Virus record (IMG/VR): IMGVR_UViG_3300047320_000132
Location: 67,101 to 131,100 of that record
Strand: one strand, 5' to 3'
DNA length: 64,000 nucleotides
Source of the DNA: a virus
Lineage: Duplodnaviria > Heunggongvirae > Uroviricota > Caudoviricetes
Shown here: one piece after another, positions 35,166-44,068 of the stretch
Numbering within the stretch: the stretch's first letter is position 1
Layout: each line of letters begins with the position of its first letter
Position numbers and translations under genes: made by a program
Notes under the pieces: generated by a model
The model's database searches: none
Seen by the model: only the letters and a program-made list of their open reading frames with translations
Told to the model about the DNA's origin: nothing

Positions 35166-35546
35166 ATGAGTAAAGTACTGAAAAAGTTGAAGGCTATTCG
35201 CCGTCTGGTCAAGAACATTCCGGGCAAGAACATCGACTTGGACAAGTTTGTTACGACGAATGGGGCTACATACACAGACTCTGTGATGTGCCCTGCGGCC
35301 TGGATCACAACCGACGTGTTCGTTGGTAAAGGCCTGTATCTCGTCGAAGACGAGCACGGACTGTGGAAAATTACCTATAGGTCCAAAGACAACTTCGAAG
35401 CCCTGGCTGAATTTCTGGGTGTTTCAGAAAACGAAGCTGGTGATCTGTTCGGCCCGGTTTTCCACAATGAAGCGTGGGGAGGGTATCTCTCTCACAAAAA
35501 GCTCTTCCTTCAACGTATCGATAACCTGATCGAGGCGTACAAATAA
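35166..35546 (+). CDS. hypothetical protein
   Basis: 126 aa. Starts after a terminator-like hairpin at 35117-35150. Confidence 0.45.
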   Translation: MSKVLKKLKAIRRLVKNIPGKNIDLDKFVTTNGATYTDSVMCPAAWITTDVFVGKGLYLVEDEHGLWKITYRSKDNFEALAEFLGVSENEAGDLFGPVFHNEAWGGYLSHKKLFLQRIDNLIEAYK

Positions 35547-36028
35547 TGGATCCGATTGAAAGACTAAAGCAACTGGAAGCTGAACTCGCTGCTGTGAAAC
35601 TGCAGATCGCCGCTGAAGCTCGGGCTCCTGGCTTTAAGAAGGCAGCGGCGGGGGATACGTATCATCGGATCTATCAAGACTTCGACGGTTCGTTCAAAAC
35701 CTCCGCAAACACTGGCGCTCCTGCGTTTTCGCGTCGTCCTCTGTTTGGTAACAAAACCCAGGCAATGGACTTTGCGAATGCAATCCAGACCATTCTGGAA
35801 ATGCGTATACAGCCTGGCATGATGGTTCCGGAACCTCATGAAACTTCGGTGGTTGTAATTCCGCAGCGCAATGGTACAATCAAGTACCAGTCCAGCAAAT
35901 GTACGGACGCAATTCCGTCGACTATCTACGCTCGTTTCAAGACAGTCGAAGCTGCAAAGGCAGCAGTCGCTGCAGTTGGCGAAACGCGTGTCATTGCAGC
36001 AGCAAAGACGCTGGCATTTTTCAAATAA
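35546..36028 (+). CDS. hypothetical protein (N-terminal coiled coil, Ala-rich)
   Basis: 160 aa. ATGG overlap with the previous gene. Confidence 0.45.
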   Translation: MDPIERLKQLEAELAAVKLQIAAEARAPGFKKAAAGDTYHRIYQDFDGSFKTSANTGAPAFSRRPLFGNKTQAMDFANAIQTILEMRIQPGMMVPEPHETSVVVIPQRNGTIKYQSSKCTDAIPSTIYARFKTVEAAKAAVAAVGETRVIAAAKTLAFFK

Positions 36029-36034
36029 CAAACC

Positions 36035-36235
36035 ATGAAGAAAATCGCAGCAGTTGCCTACGGGATTTTGGCAACGCTCTATCTGTTGTTCCTGCTGTTG
36101 CCCGTAACACAGCAGTTGGTTAATAATGGAGGCGACCTGATTTACTTCGTGCCGCTGCTGTGGTTGACCATCCCGCTAATCGCCTTTGGCGGTTGGTATT
36201 TCTTCCTCAAACCAAAGAAACAAAAAACACAATGA
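36035..36235 (+). CDS. small membrane protein
   Basis: 66 aa with two TM helices. ATGA overlap with the SPFH gene. Confidence 0.4.
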   Translation: MKKIAAVAYGILATLYLLFLLLPVTQQLVNNGGDLIYFVPLLWLTIPLIAFGGWYFFLKPKKQKTQ

Positions 36236-37077
36236 AGAAACTTCTTCTTATCGTCGTTGTATTCATGCTCGGTGCCTGTACCAAGGTTGGCGCAGGCTTC
36301 GTCGGTGTTCAGGTGGATAACTACGGCAGTGACCGTGGCGTCCAGAACAAGGTTCTCGGCCCGGGTTCGTACTTCACCGGCTGGAACACGACTGTGTACG
36401 AGTATCCGACGTTCACGGAAAACTACGTGTACAGCAAGGCTCCGGAAGAAGGTCATCCGGCCGACGAGTCGATCACGTTCCAGGCAAAGGGTGGCGTTGC
36501 CATCAATGCTGACTTCGGTGTTGCGTATCACATCGCTGCAGACAGTGCTCCGCTTGTGTTCCAGAAGTACCACAAGGATCTGAACGGTATTACCGACGGT
36601 CCTTTGCGTAACCTTATCCGTGACAGTCTTAACGAAATCGCGGGTAAGCTTACCTTCGAGCAGATCAGCAATGACATTCCGGCCTTCATGGTTGCTGTTA
36701 ACGCTGAACTCGCCAAGCGTGCAGCACCTAGCGGGTTGTCGGTTGAACTGCTCTCGAACGTAGGCGCATTCCGTTGGCCTCCTGCGATTCAGGATTCCAT
36801 CAATGCTCAGCAACAGGCAAAGATGGACGCTATCACGTCGCAGAACCAGCTGCAGAAAACCCAGGCAGATGCTGCAAAGCGTATTGCCAATTCGGATGCC
36901 GACCTGAAGATCGCTGCAAACGAAGCACAAGCTACGGCTATTCGTGGTCAGGCACTGGCCAAGAACCCGGAGATTCTGCAACAAATGTGGATCGAAAAGT
37001 GGAACGGTCAACTTCCGACGTATCAACTCGGCAGTGGCAGTTCGGCTCTTATCCAGCTTCCGAAAATGGGTAACTGA
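36232..37077 (+). CDS. SPFH/band-7 (prohibitin/HflKC-like) lipoprotein
   Basis: Lipoprotein signal MKKLLLIVVVFMLGAC. SPFH core around ITFQAKGGVAINADFGVAYHI. A C-terminal coiled-coil Q/A-rich region is typical of flotillin/HflK-like proteins. Confidence 0.7.
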   Translation: MKKLLLIVVVFMLGACTKVGAGFVGVQVDNYGSDRGVQNKVLGPGSYFTGWNTTVYEYPTFTENYVYSKAPEEGHPADESITFQAKGGVAINADFGVAYHIAADSAPLVFQKYHKDLNGITDGPLRNLIRDSLNEIAGKLTFEQISNDIPAFMVAVNAELAKRAAPSGLSVELLSNVGAFRWPPAIQDSINAQQQAKMDAITSQNQLQKTQADAAKRIANSDADLKIAANEAQATAIRGQALAKNPEILQQMWIEKWNGQLPTYQLGSGSSALIQLPKMGN

Positions 37078-37079
37078 TC

Positions 37080-37256
37080 ATGTTAGGCTTACTTGCTTTC
37101 GTAGCTGCAAAATGTGTTGAACGATACATTGGTCTCGATGATGCGGGCAGAGAAGACGTAAATGAAGGTCTTAAGGAACTCAAGGATATGGTCGTGGGTT
37201 CTGACGAAAGTAAGAAGCCTGATCCTGAACCGTGGCCGTTTCCTCGCAGTAAGTAG
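37080..37256 (+). CDS. hypothetical small membrane-anchored protein
   Basis: 58 aa, directly after the SPFH gene. Below the track cut-off. Confidence 0.3.
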   Translation: MLGLLAFVAAKCVERYIGLDDAGREDVNEGLKELKDMVVGSDESKKPDPEPWPFPRSK

Positions 37257-37590
37257 TTTCAAGTTTCTCTTAACGACTTGGTATAAGTACATTACGGAAC
37301 ACCTATAATTTAGTTGTTCCGTTCTTCTTCAGGTGAAACCGTGTTTCTTCCTAAAGTCATCCGTGACCTTTTCCGCATTGATACGAATCCAGTCGTTTCG
37401 ATCGATGAGGAACAAATTCCGAAAACCTGTGCAGAACATCGCAGCAGAGTGATTCTGGACAATCAGTCAGCAGCACCAGTACTGGTACACTACCGAAAGC
37501 AACGTCGAGTAGTGTCGCAGCAATTGTAGTACTTTGTTTTTCCCTTCCCAAACTCGCTGAAGTTTTCGCATATAAATGGAGAGTATTCAA

Positions 37591-37998
37591 ATGGCAGACA
37601 ATCGCCAAACCAAGACCAACACCCAAGGCAAGAAGCCTTTCAACAAGGCCGGTGCGAACAAAGCTGAGATCCAGACGTTCATCGATGGTCACAAGCGCAC
37701 CGAAGTTAACCCGAAGACCGGCGAAACGAAGATTTTCTGGAAGGAAATGCTCGTCACTCCGGAAACGCACAGCCGTCCCCGTGTCGGCAAGACTGCTCGT
37801 GACGCAGCTAACGGCGCGGCTCGCCGTAACTACGAGAACAAGCAAAGCCGTGCAAGCTGGATGAACGACAGCAAGCGTACGGCGGCAAACTTCCCGTACA
37901 ATTCGTGCAACGGCAAGCGTAACCGCACTGTCGTCACCGGCAAGGGCAACGAACGTATTACCCTGACGTACAAGATGGCTGGCGGTCGGGGTAAGTAA
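37591..37998 (+). CDS. hypothetical highly basic protein (nucleic-acid binding?)
   Basis: 135 aa, very rich in Lys, Arg and Asn. Confidence 0.45.
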   Translation: MADNRQTKTNTQGKKPFNKAGANKAEIQTFIDGHKRTEVNPKTGETKIFWKEMLVTPETHSRPRVGKTARDAANGAARRNYENKQSRASWMNDSKRTAANFPYNSCNGKRNRTVVTGKGNERITLTYKMAGGRGK

Positions 37999-38124
37999 CA
38001 TGAAACCCATGCACGGTATTGCTCTAATCCTGGCATTCGCCATCGGCGGTACCGTGCTTGGATGGAGTCTGGGCGAAGGCGCTTCGTGGCTCATCGTTAA
38101 ACAAATATCAAACCGGAGTTGTAA

Positions 38125-38331
38125 ATGAAGAAAGTTTGGATCATCCGTGGCACGAACGGCGAACACTCGCATGAAGTCAAAGAAGAACTGAAGAAGGTTC
38201 GTGATCAGTTGAACAAGGAAGCAGGCTTCGATCTGAACAAGGCAATCGCCGATAACGATGGAAACATCGGCAAAGCAACGGCACTGATGCCCTTCAAGAT
38301 CAGGAAGGGTCCGGATCATCCCCGTCTGTAA
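38125..38331 (+). CDS. hypothetical protein
   Basis: 68 aa. Confidence 0.4.
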   Translation: MKKVWIIRGTNGEHSHEVKEELKKVRDQLNKEAGFDLNKAIADNDGNIGKATALMPFKIRKGPDHPRL

Positions 38332-38402
38332 CAACTGAAGTAAACGTACTGGAACTGGCTTAGGCTGGTTCCAGTTCCTTAACTCTAAACCTTTCTTTTT
38401 GT

Positions 38403-38606
38403 ATGAGCATGAATCAATGTGATGGTTGCAGGGCAAAGATCCCCCTTAAGAAAACAGCCTTAGGAGGAGAACTTCACAAAGGTGACGACTACAACAGCAC
38501 ATTCGGTTGCGATGCGTATCGTTATACAGAAGCTTTTAACGAGGAGTTTCAAAATGGATTTGAGCGAAGCCTTGAAATTTGCAGAAGAATGCAAGAAGAA
38601 CGGTAA
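38403..38606 (+). CDS. hypothetical small Cys-rich protein
   Basis: 67 aa. CDGCRAK...FGCDAY. Confidence 0.3.
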   Translation: MSMNQCDGCRAKIPLKKTALGGELHKGDDYNSTFGCDAYRYTEAFNEEFQNGFERSLEICRRMQEER

Positions 38607-38674
38607 CATCAGCACGTCAGCTAAGGCAGCCATTGCTTTGGCTGATGAAGTTAAACGGCTAAGAGAAGAAGAGA

Positions 38675-39205
38675 ATGAAAGAAGAGCGTCAGACACCTTT
38701 GGTTTCGATTAACCCTAAAGACCTACGCATCGACTGTTATGGCGGTGCCGTAGGTGGTCAAAGAGTAGGAATGGCTAATGGTGTGAGAATCACGCACATC
38801 CCTAGCGGTATTGTGACCGAATGCATTACAGAACGCAGTCAACACAAGAACAGAAACGCGGCCTTGAAAGAACTCGAAGAGCTAGTCTATGTGTGGGAAG
38901 GTTCCAAAGTATCGGAGCCTCATCCTGACGATTTCGCAGTAGACAAGTTCGCAGCCATGATGAAAGCGAAGCTTGCAAAGTCTCGTGAGAAGGGTAGAAG
39001 CGGTTGGGATGATCCAGAACAATGCAGTACAAAACGATTAGCGAATCTTCTTGTCAGCCATGTCCCCAAAGGGGATCCCGTAGACATTGCAAATCTGGCA
39101 ATGATGCTGGCGCTAAGAGAAGCCGACCCGGCATTGCTAAAAGACGCCTTTGAAGGCGAAGCTATGGCCATGATGGAACGGGAAGGCTGGTCTTCTGGAG
39201 GCTAA
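38675..39205 (+). CDS. GGQ-motif peptidyl-tRNA hydrolase domain protein (class I release factor-like; ArfB/PrfH-like)
   Basis: 176 aa. [48 protein letters not shown] is the RF-1 catalytic domain signature (GGQ plus the ERSQ..N block). The C-terminal half is unrelated. Confidence 0.65.
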   Translation: MKEERQTPLVSINPKDLRIDCYGGAVGGQRVGMANGVRITHIPSGIVTECITERSQHKNRNAALKELEELVYVWEGSKVSEPHPDDFAVDKFAAMMKAKLAKSREKGRSGWDDPEQCSTKRLANLLVSHVPKGDPVDIANLAMMLALREADPALLKDAFEGEAMAMMEREGWSSGG

Positions 39206-39219
39206 TTTAAACCTTCATT

Positions 39220-39229
39220 TTTGGTATAA
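39220..39229 (+). promoter_or_regulatory. TTGGTATAAG promoter motif upstream of the tandem paralog array
   Basis: TTTTGGTATAAGAGAGTTGTATAAG. Confidence 0.45.
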
Positions 39230-39384
39230 GAGAGTTGTATAAGAAGTAGCCTTTAATTCTGCATCTCTCTTTTTTGGTTGGTCAAAATGCGTCGCCGTAA
39301 TACCCTTAAATTCGCAGGCTACGTCATGTGTGTCGTAGTTGGATTCACCTGCGTTCTACTAACAGCAAAACTCGGAGTAACGAA

Positions 39385-39801
39385 ATGAACAACGAAATCA
39401 AACAGGAATGGATCTCTGCTCTGCGTAGCGGCGAATACAAACAAGCCAAACATGTCTTGAACGGTGACGGCGGCATGTGTTGTCTTGGCGTTCTCTGTGA
39501 TCTTTACATGAAGAAAACTGGAGAAGGTGAATGGGTGCCGAGAACCGCTAAGGAGGAAGATAGCAGGGTTTTGCAAAAGTATACTTCCATTGGTACATTT
39601 GAAGGGTCAGAAGTTGTACCTCCTGCTAGTGTTATGAAATGGGCCGATCTCGACAAGGAAAATCCCAATACTGGAATTTACCAGGGATTTACAAAGTCCT
39701 TTGAAGATACCCCTGGCTACTTGGGGTATTCTTTGGCCGAACTCAACGACGGTGGGCTTACCTTCAACCAGATTGCTGACGTTATTCAATTCACGCTATG
39801 A
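39385..39801 (+). CDS. tandem paralog 1 of a five-gene family of short acidic proteins
   Basis: Conserved N-terminus MNNEIKQEWISALRSGEYKQ...GMCCLGVLCDLY and conserved C-terminus LNDGGLTFNQIADVIQ, with a variable middle. Preceded by a 33-aa membrane mini-ORF with an ATGA overlap. Confidence 0.6.
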   Translation: MNNEIKQEWISALRSGEYKQAKHVLNGDGGMCCLGVLCDLYMKKTGEGEWVPRTAKEEDSRVLQKYTSIGTFEGSEVVPPASVMKWADLDKENPNTGIYQGFTKSFEDTPGYLGYSLAELNDGGLTFNQIADVIQFTL

Positions 39802-40151
39802 ACCAAGAAATCAAAGCAAAGTGGGTAGCTGCGCTTCGCAGCGGTGAGTACAAACAGAGCGTCGGCTACTTGAAAAGAGACGATGGGTTCTGTTGCCTCG
39901 GAGTCCTTTCCGATGTTCACGCAAAGGAAGGAGGTCCGCAATGGGAACATGCTGGCTCTGGGATTCAAGAGGTTGAACGCTGTGGGGGGTATCCCCCTCA
40001 AGTAACTCTTAATTGGGCTGAATTCGCAGAAACTTCTCTCGTTCCTGGTTTGCTTACCAGAGAAGGGGATGGGGAAGGCTTGGTAAGCCTGAACGACTCC
40101 GGTGAATTCACCTTTTCTCAAATCGCTGACGTTATCGAGTACTTCTTCTAA
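39798..40151 (+). CDS. tandem paralog 2
   Basis: MNQEIKAKWVAALRSGEYKQ...GFCCLGVLSDVH...LNDSGEFTFSQIADVIEYFF. ATGA overlap. Confidence 0.6.
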   Translation: MNQEIKAKWVAALRSGEYKQSVGYLKRDDGFCCLGVLSDVHAKEGGPQWEHAGSGIQEVERCGGYPPQVTLNWAEFAETSLVPGLLTREGDGEGLVSLNDSGEFTFSQIADVIEYFF

Positions 40152-40501
40152 TGAACCAAGAAATCAAAGCCAAGTGGGTAGCTGCGCTTCGCAGCGGAGA
40201 ATATGTCCAAGGTCAACGATACCTGAATGGTCCCGATGGATTTTGTTGTCTGGGTGTTTTATGTGATCTATACGGTAAAGAAACTGGAGAAAAATGGTTC
40301 GATGAAGGAGGTGACGGAAAACGCATGCTGGACGGCTGGACTGTTCCTCCGCTACAAGTCCAGAAGTGGGCGGATCTTGGTAGTGATCTCGGATACACCG
40401 GCGTAGAAACTCCGGCTACTGACTCTGTTTCGCTTGTCGATCTAAATGACTCTGGTCTGCCTTTCTCTCAAATCGCTGACATCATCCAATACGCACTGTG
40501 A
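40151..40501 (+). CDS. tandem paralog 3
   Basis: MNQEIKAKWVAALRSGEYVQ...GFCCLGVLCDLY...LNDSGLPFSQIADIIQYAL. ATGA overlap. Confidence 0.6.
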   Translation: MNQEIKAKWVAALRSGEYVQGQRYLNGPDGFCCLGVLCDLYGKETGEKWFDEGGDGKRMLDGWTVPPLQVQKWADLGSDLGYTGVETPATDSVSLVDLNDSGLPFSQIADIIQYAL

Positions 40502-40854
40502 ACAACGAAGTTAAAGCCAAATGGGTAGCCGCTCTTCGGAGCGGTGAATACAAACAGGGAACAACTAGACTCAAGACTGTTTGGGATGAAGAAAATCCGA
40601 AGTTTTGCTGTCTTGGAGTTCTCTGTGATTTGCATGACAAGGAACTCAACTGCGAACAATCGTTTGAAAGCATCGCAGGAGAATTACCTGATCATGTAAA
40701 AAAGTGGGCGGGTTTGGAAGAAAACAACCCGTACATGCGTCAACCAGCTTCGCTTGCTTATCCGAAAGAATGGAGAACTCATATTTCTGTTCTTAACGAC
40801 ATCAAGCAATTTTCTTTCAACCAACTAGCTGATCTCATCGAAGCACAACTATGA
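40498..40854 (+). CDS. tandem paralog 4
   Basis: MNNEVKAKWVAALRSGEYKQ...KFCCLGVLCDLH...LNDIKQFSFNQLADLIEAQL. ATGA overlap. Confidence 0.6.
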   Translation: MNNEVKAKWVAALRSGEYKQGTTRLKTVWDEENPKFCCLGVLCDLHDKELNCEQSFESIAGELPDHVKKWAGLEENNPYMRQPASLAYPKEWRTHISVLNDIKQFSFNQLADLIEAQL

Positions 40855-41219
40855 AAAAGCGTATCAAGAACAAATGGATCAAGGCACTGCGCGGCGGTGA
40901 TTACAAACAGACTACGGGTGCGTTGCGTGACGACGAAGGTTTCTGTTGCCTCGGCGTTCTATGCAACATCCATGCTCAGGAACATCCTGAAGTTGCGGCG
41001 AAAGAACCCTGGCCAGACGAATATATGGGCGCTAGTGGCTTGCTTCCCCTGGCGGTAGCTGAATGGGCTGGACTCAATCCTTCTGTTTTGGACTCGGCTG
41101 ATGTACCGACCGATGTCAAAGTCACGTATCGTGGGAAAGAAACTAAGCTTTCTACGTTGAACGACACTGACCAACTCAGCTTCAAGAAGATCGCCCGAGT
41201 CATTGACCGCTGTTTGTAA
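40851..41219 (+). CDS. tandem paralog 5 (most divergent)
   Basis: MKKRIKNKWIKALRGGDYKQ...GFCCLGVLCNIH...LNDTDQLSFKKIARVIDRCL. Confidence 0.55.
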   Translation: MKKRIKNKWIKALRGGDYKQTTGALRDDEGFCCLGVLCNIHAQEHPEVAAKEPWPDEYMGASGLLPLAVAEWAGLNPSVLDSADVPTDVKVTYRGKETKLSTLNDTDQLSFKKIARVIDRCL

Positions 41220-41247
41220 GCCTGTAATTCAATTACGTACGTACGAC

Positions 41248-41257
41248 TTGGTATAAG
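41248..41257 (+). promoter_or_regulatory. TTGGTATAAG promoter motif upstream of the His/Ala-rich secreted protein gene
   Basis: CTTGGTATAAGTTAATTAGG. Confidence 0.45.
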
Positions 41258-41331
41258 TTAATTAGGAAGCACTATAGTTTATTATGGTTTTTCCTTTTTT
41301 CCCTTTTCAAATTTAACAAGAAGAAGTAAGA

Positions 41332-41610
41332 ATGAAAAACTTGATGCTCGCTGCTGCTGCAATGGTTATCGCAACGTCCGCTATGGCTTATGGCGTTTCC
41401 GGTGGCCACGCTTCTGCTGGTCATGTTTCCGTTTCGGCTCACTCGGCACCTTCGGTTCACACCGCAGTTGTTGAAGCCCACACTGCTCCGGTTGCTCACG
41501 AGGCACCCGTCGCAAAGGCTCCCATAGCCAAGACCCCGGTTATCGTGCCGGTCGGTCATGTTTCCGCAGCAAAGCCTGTAAGCGGCGCTTCTGCCGTGAA
41601 GGGTAAGTAA
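41332..41610 (+). CDS. secreted His/Ala/Val-rich repetitive small protein
   Basis: 92 aa. Signal peptide MKNLMLAAAAMVIATSAMA, then low-complexity repeats (HASAGHVSVSAHSAPSVHTAVVEAHTAPVAHEAPVAKAP). Confidence 0.5.
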   Translation: MKNLMLAAAAMVIATSAMAYGVSGGHASAGHVSVSAHSAPSVHTAVVEAHTAPVAHEAPVAKAPIAKTPVIVPVGHVSAAKPVSGASAVKGK

Positions 41611-41977
41611 CACCTCAACCGTCTGCGTTGAGTTCACACTTTGCGAGAAGGTGTGTTTTACAGTAGCCTACTCTGATACGAAGGCATCCTCTGATCCTGC
41701 ACGTCGTGCCGGGATTTAGGATATCGCGTCGGAACGTTACCCGACTAGGTGTTTGGACCACCGAAAATAAAACGCAGAACCCCCGTAGTCCAGTACGGGT
41801 TTCCTATTGAAGGGCTACTGTGGACCTTCCATTCTGGATAACGGAATGAAATGTGAGTACTTGATCGAAAGGTCGAGAGACAGGTGAATTAACACTAGCG
41901 AAGCATTTAGAGGAACTCAACGCTTGAAATGTCTAACTCAGTAAGCTAAAATAATTAAAAAGCTTAATGAGTTAATA

Positions 41978-42502
41978 ATGACAAAACAAGAACTTGAACA
42001 GATGACTAAAGAAGGATGGTCAACTAGAAAAATCGCGGCCCATTTTGGAGTTAGCCAATCTAGTATCAGATACCATCTTTATAAACACGATCTTAAAACA
42101 TCGACTTTTTCATATTTAAAAGTTGAAGGGAAACCTGATTGGAGAAGATGCTCTACTTGCAAACTTGAATTTCCTATTACGGAATTTCAAAAAATAAAAA
42201 ATACAGAACGATATAGAACTTCGTGTAAAAGTTGTATTTCAAATCACTTAAAGGAAATAAGAGTAAATACTAAAAGTTCGGCAGTTGAATATAAAGGCGG
42301 TAAATGCCAACTGTGTGGATACAATAAATCTCATGCTGCCTTAGAGTTTCACCACAGAGATCCTAAAGAGAAAGATTTTGGAATTGCCAAACAATGGTAT
42401 AGAAAATTAGATGATATTTTGAAGAGAGAATTAGATAAATGTGATTTGCTTTGTTCAAATTGTCATCGAGAAGTGCATGAGCAGTTAAACACAACCAAGT
42501 AG
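41978..42502 (+). CDS. HNH homing endonuclease with N-terminal HTH, paralog of the gene at 32213
   Basis: 174 aa. GGKCQLCGYNKSHAALEFHHRDPKEKDF...LLCSNCHREVH. Confidence 0.75.
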   Translation: MTKQELEQMTKEGWSTRKIAAHFGVSQSSIRYHLYKHDLKTSTFSYLKVEGKPDWRRCSTCKLEFPITEFQKIKNTERYRTSCKSCISNHLKEIRVNTKSSAVEYKGGKCQLCGYNKSHAALEFHHRDPKEKDFGIAKQWYRKLDDILKRELDKCDLLCSNCHREVHEQLNTTK

Positions 42503-42524
42503 TCAAAAAAAGGAAACCAGCAAC

Positions 42525-42938
42525 ATGAGCAACGCTATCATTCGTTTGGCGGATTCGCAATTCAGCAAGGAAGTCGAAGACTTCGGCGGTCTGAGCATCG
42601 ACCTGAAAGACGCTCTCGAAGAGCTGCAAACGAAGCAGAAGAAGGAAGCTGCACAATCGGCTGCACAGGAAGTGATGAAGCTTCTGAACGGCGCAAGCAC
42701 CAGCATCGAAAACCACGTGCATGCCATTCAGTCGGCGCGTCGTCTCGAAGCTTCGTCGAAGGTGAAGATCCACGAAATCAACAAAGCCAAAGCTTACGGC
42801 CTGGCTACGAACAACTTCGTGCCGCTGGGCATTCTGACTGGTGCAATCTTCGCCCATCACGTCGAGAACAAGGAATTGCTGAAGATCGACGAGTCCAAGC
42901 TGCCGGAAGGCTGGGACAAGAAGCCGGAATCGAAGTAA
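42525..42938 (+). CDS. hypothetical protein
   Basis: 137 aa. GC-rich codons. Good RBS GGAAACCAGCAACATG. Confidence 0.5.
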   Translation: MSNAIIRLADSQFSKEVEDFGGLSIDLKDALEELQTKQKKEAAQSAAQEVMKLLNGASTSIENHVHAIQSARRLEASSKVKIHEINKAKAYGLATNNFVPLGILTGAIFAHHVENKELLKIDESKLPEGWDKKPESK

Positions 42939-43297
42939 GCCGCTAGGTAGAACCCTGCGCAACTCAGGGTCGGGGAGCTTCGGCTCCTCGCTACGCTTAT
43001 GGTACTCTTGGGAACGACGCCCATCTCATACTACTATTATCCCGAAAGGGCCTAGTTTGAGATTCTAACTTATTAGGCATTCACTGCCGAGACGAAAGAC
43101 TCTTCTGCACACTACTTTAGCGGAAGAGGGATAGCTCTAAAGTGTGGAACTCAACCTGAGACCGCTAGACGGCAATGTTTGAGGAGGGATCCTAATTGTA
43201 AGGGCTAGACCCAAGAGGGTCCCTCACCTGTTTTACCGTTGTTCACTTTTCCCTTTTCGAAGAATCAAAACCAACCTGTTTCAAGGATAAAAGCAAC

Positions 43298-43975
43298 ATG
43301 ATGAACCTGTTCAATTCGCAATCGAAGTTCCTGAATCGCCTGTTCCGCAAGGTCGACGGTCTCGTGTGGGATGTCACGACCGGTAAGCTCGGCATTCAAG
43401 GAAACGACGGCGTGATTACGCTCGAAGTCGCTGAAGGCGAAGGCAACCGCCCCGCAACGTTCTCGATCTCCGTCAATCCGTTCGACGGTTTCGGTCTGCC
43501 GATCCCGGCATTCGCTTCGAACACTCCGCACGAACAAATCGAAATCGGCGATCTGATCGTCGGTTCGAGCAAGGTCCTGGGCTGGGTTATCGAAAAGAAA
43601 CCGGCTTCGCTGGTTCTGCTCGGCCAGGACGGCATGCAGAAGCAATACAACCCGCCGAAAGTCGCAGTCATCGGCCAAGACGGTTGCCTGGTCGTGAAGA
43701 GCCTGACGGGTCTGCTCGGCGGCTCGGGTGCTCAGAGCCTGCAAAGCTCGCTGCTGCCGCTGCTGATGATGGGCGAAGGCACGAACCTCGATCTGGACAA
43801 GCTGCTCCCAATCATGCTGTTCACGCAACAGGGTCAAGGCGCTGCTGGCGGTAACGCGCTGGCACAGATGCTGCCCATGATGATGATGATGGGTGCTCTG
43901 AACGGCAACAATGCTCAAGCGGTTCCGGGCCTGCAAGCGAAGTCGTCGGTTCCCCCGCTGCAAGTTCGTCGTTAA
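43298..43975 (+). CDS. hypothetical protein with Gly/Met/Leu-rich C-terminal region
   Basis: 225 aa. GC-rich. The - strand ORF 43265-43963 is the antisense artefact. Confidence 0.5.
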   Translation: MMNLFNSQSKFLNRLFRKVDGLVWDVTTGKLGIQGNDGVITLEVAEGEGNRPATFSISVNPFDGFGLPIPAFASNTPHEQIEIGDLIVGSSKVLGWVIEKKPASLVLLGQDGMQKQYNPPKVAVIGQDGCLVVKSLTGLLGGSGAQSLQSSLLPLLMMGEGTNLDLDKLLPIMLFTQQGQGAAGGNALAQMLPMMMMMGALNGNNAQAVPGLQAKSSVPPLQVRR

Positions 43976-44068
43976 GCAGTAAATAAACGGCTGGGCTCCT
44001 ATAAGGGGCCTAGTCTGTTTTGGAAAGACTTGAAGGTCTTTCTAAAGCAATGTATAATCGTTATCTTT

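Noticed and set aside
33044-35308. 754-aa ORF on the - strand antisense to the AAA+ ATPase gene. Similar long - strand ORFs occur at 36142-37026, 37357-38436, 15162-16484, 55980-57059, 61942-62955, 43265-43963 and 46381-47037.
   Set aside because: They lie exactly opposite strong + strand genes with recognisable domains. They occur where the sequence is GC-rich, so stop codons are rare by chance. Their amino-acid composition is unnatural (R/S/V-rich). The window is otherwise + strand throughout.
41640-41977. tmRNA or RNase P RNA in the long noncoding stretches (41640-41977, 61545-61925).
   Set aside because: No tag-peptide reading frame ending in ...AA-stop, and no terminal tRNA-like acceptor/T-arm ending in CCA. 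No conserved RNase P GGAAAGTCCGGGC or P4 elements were seen by eye.
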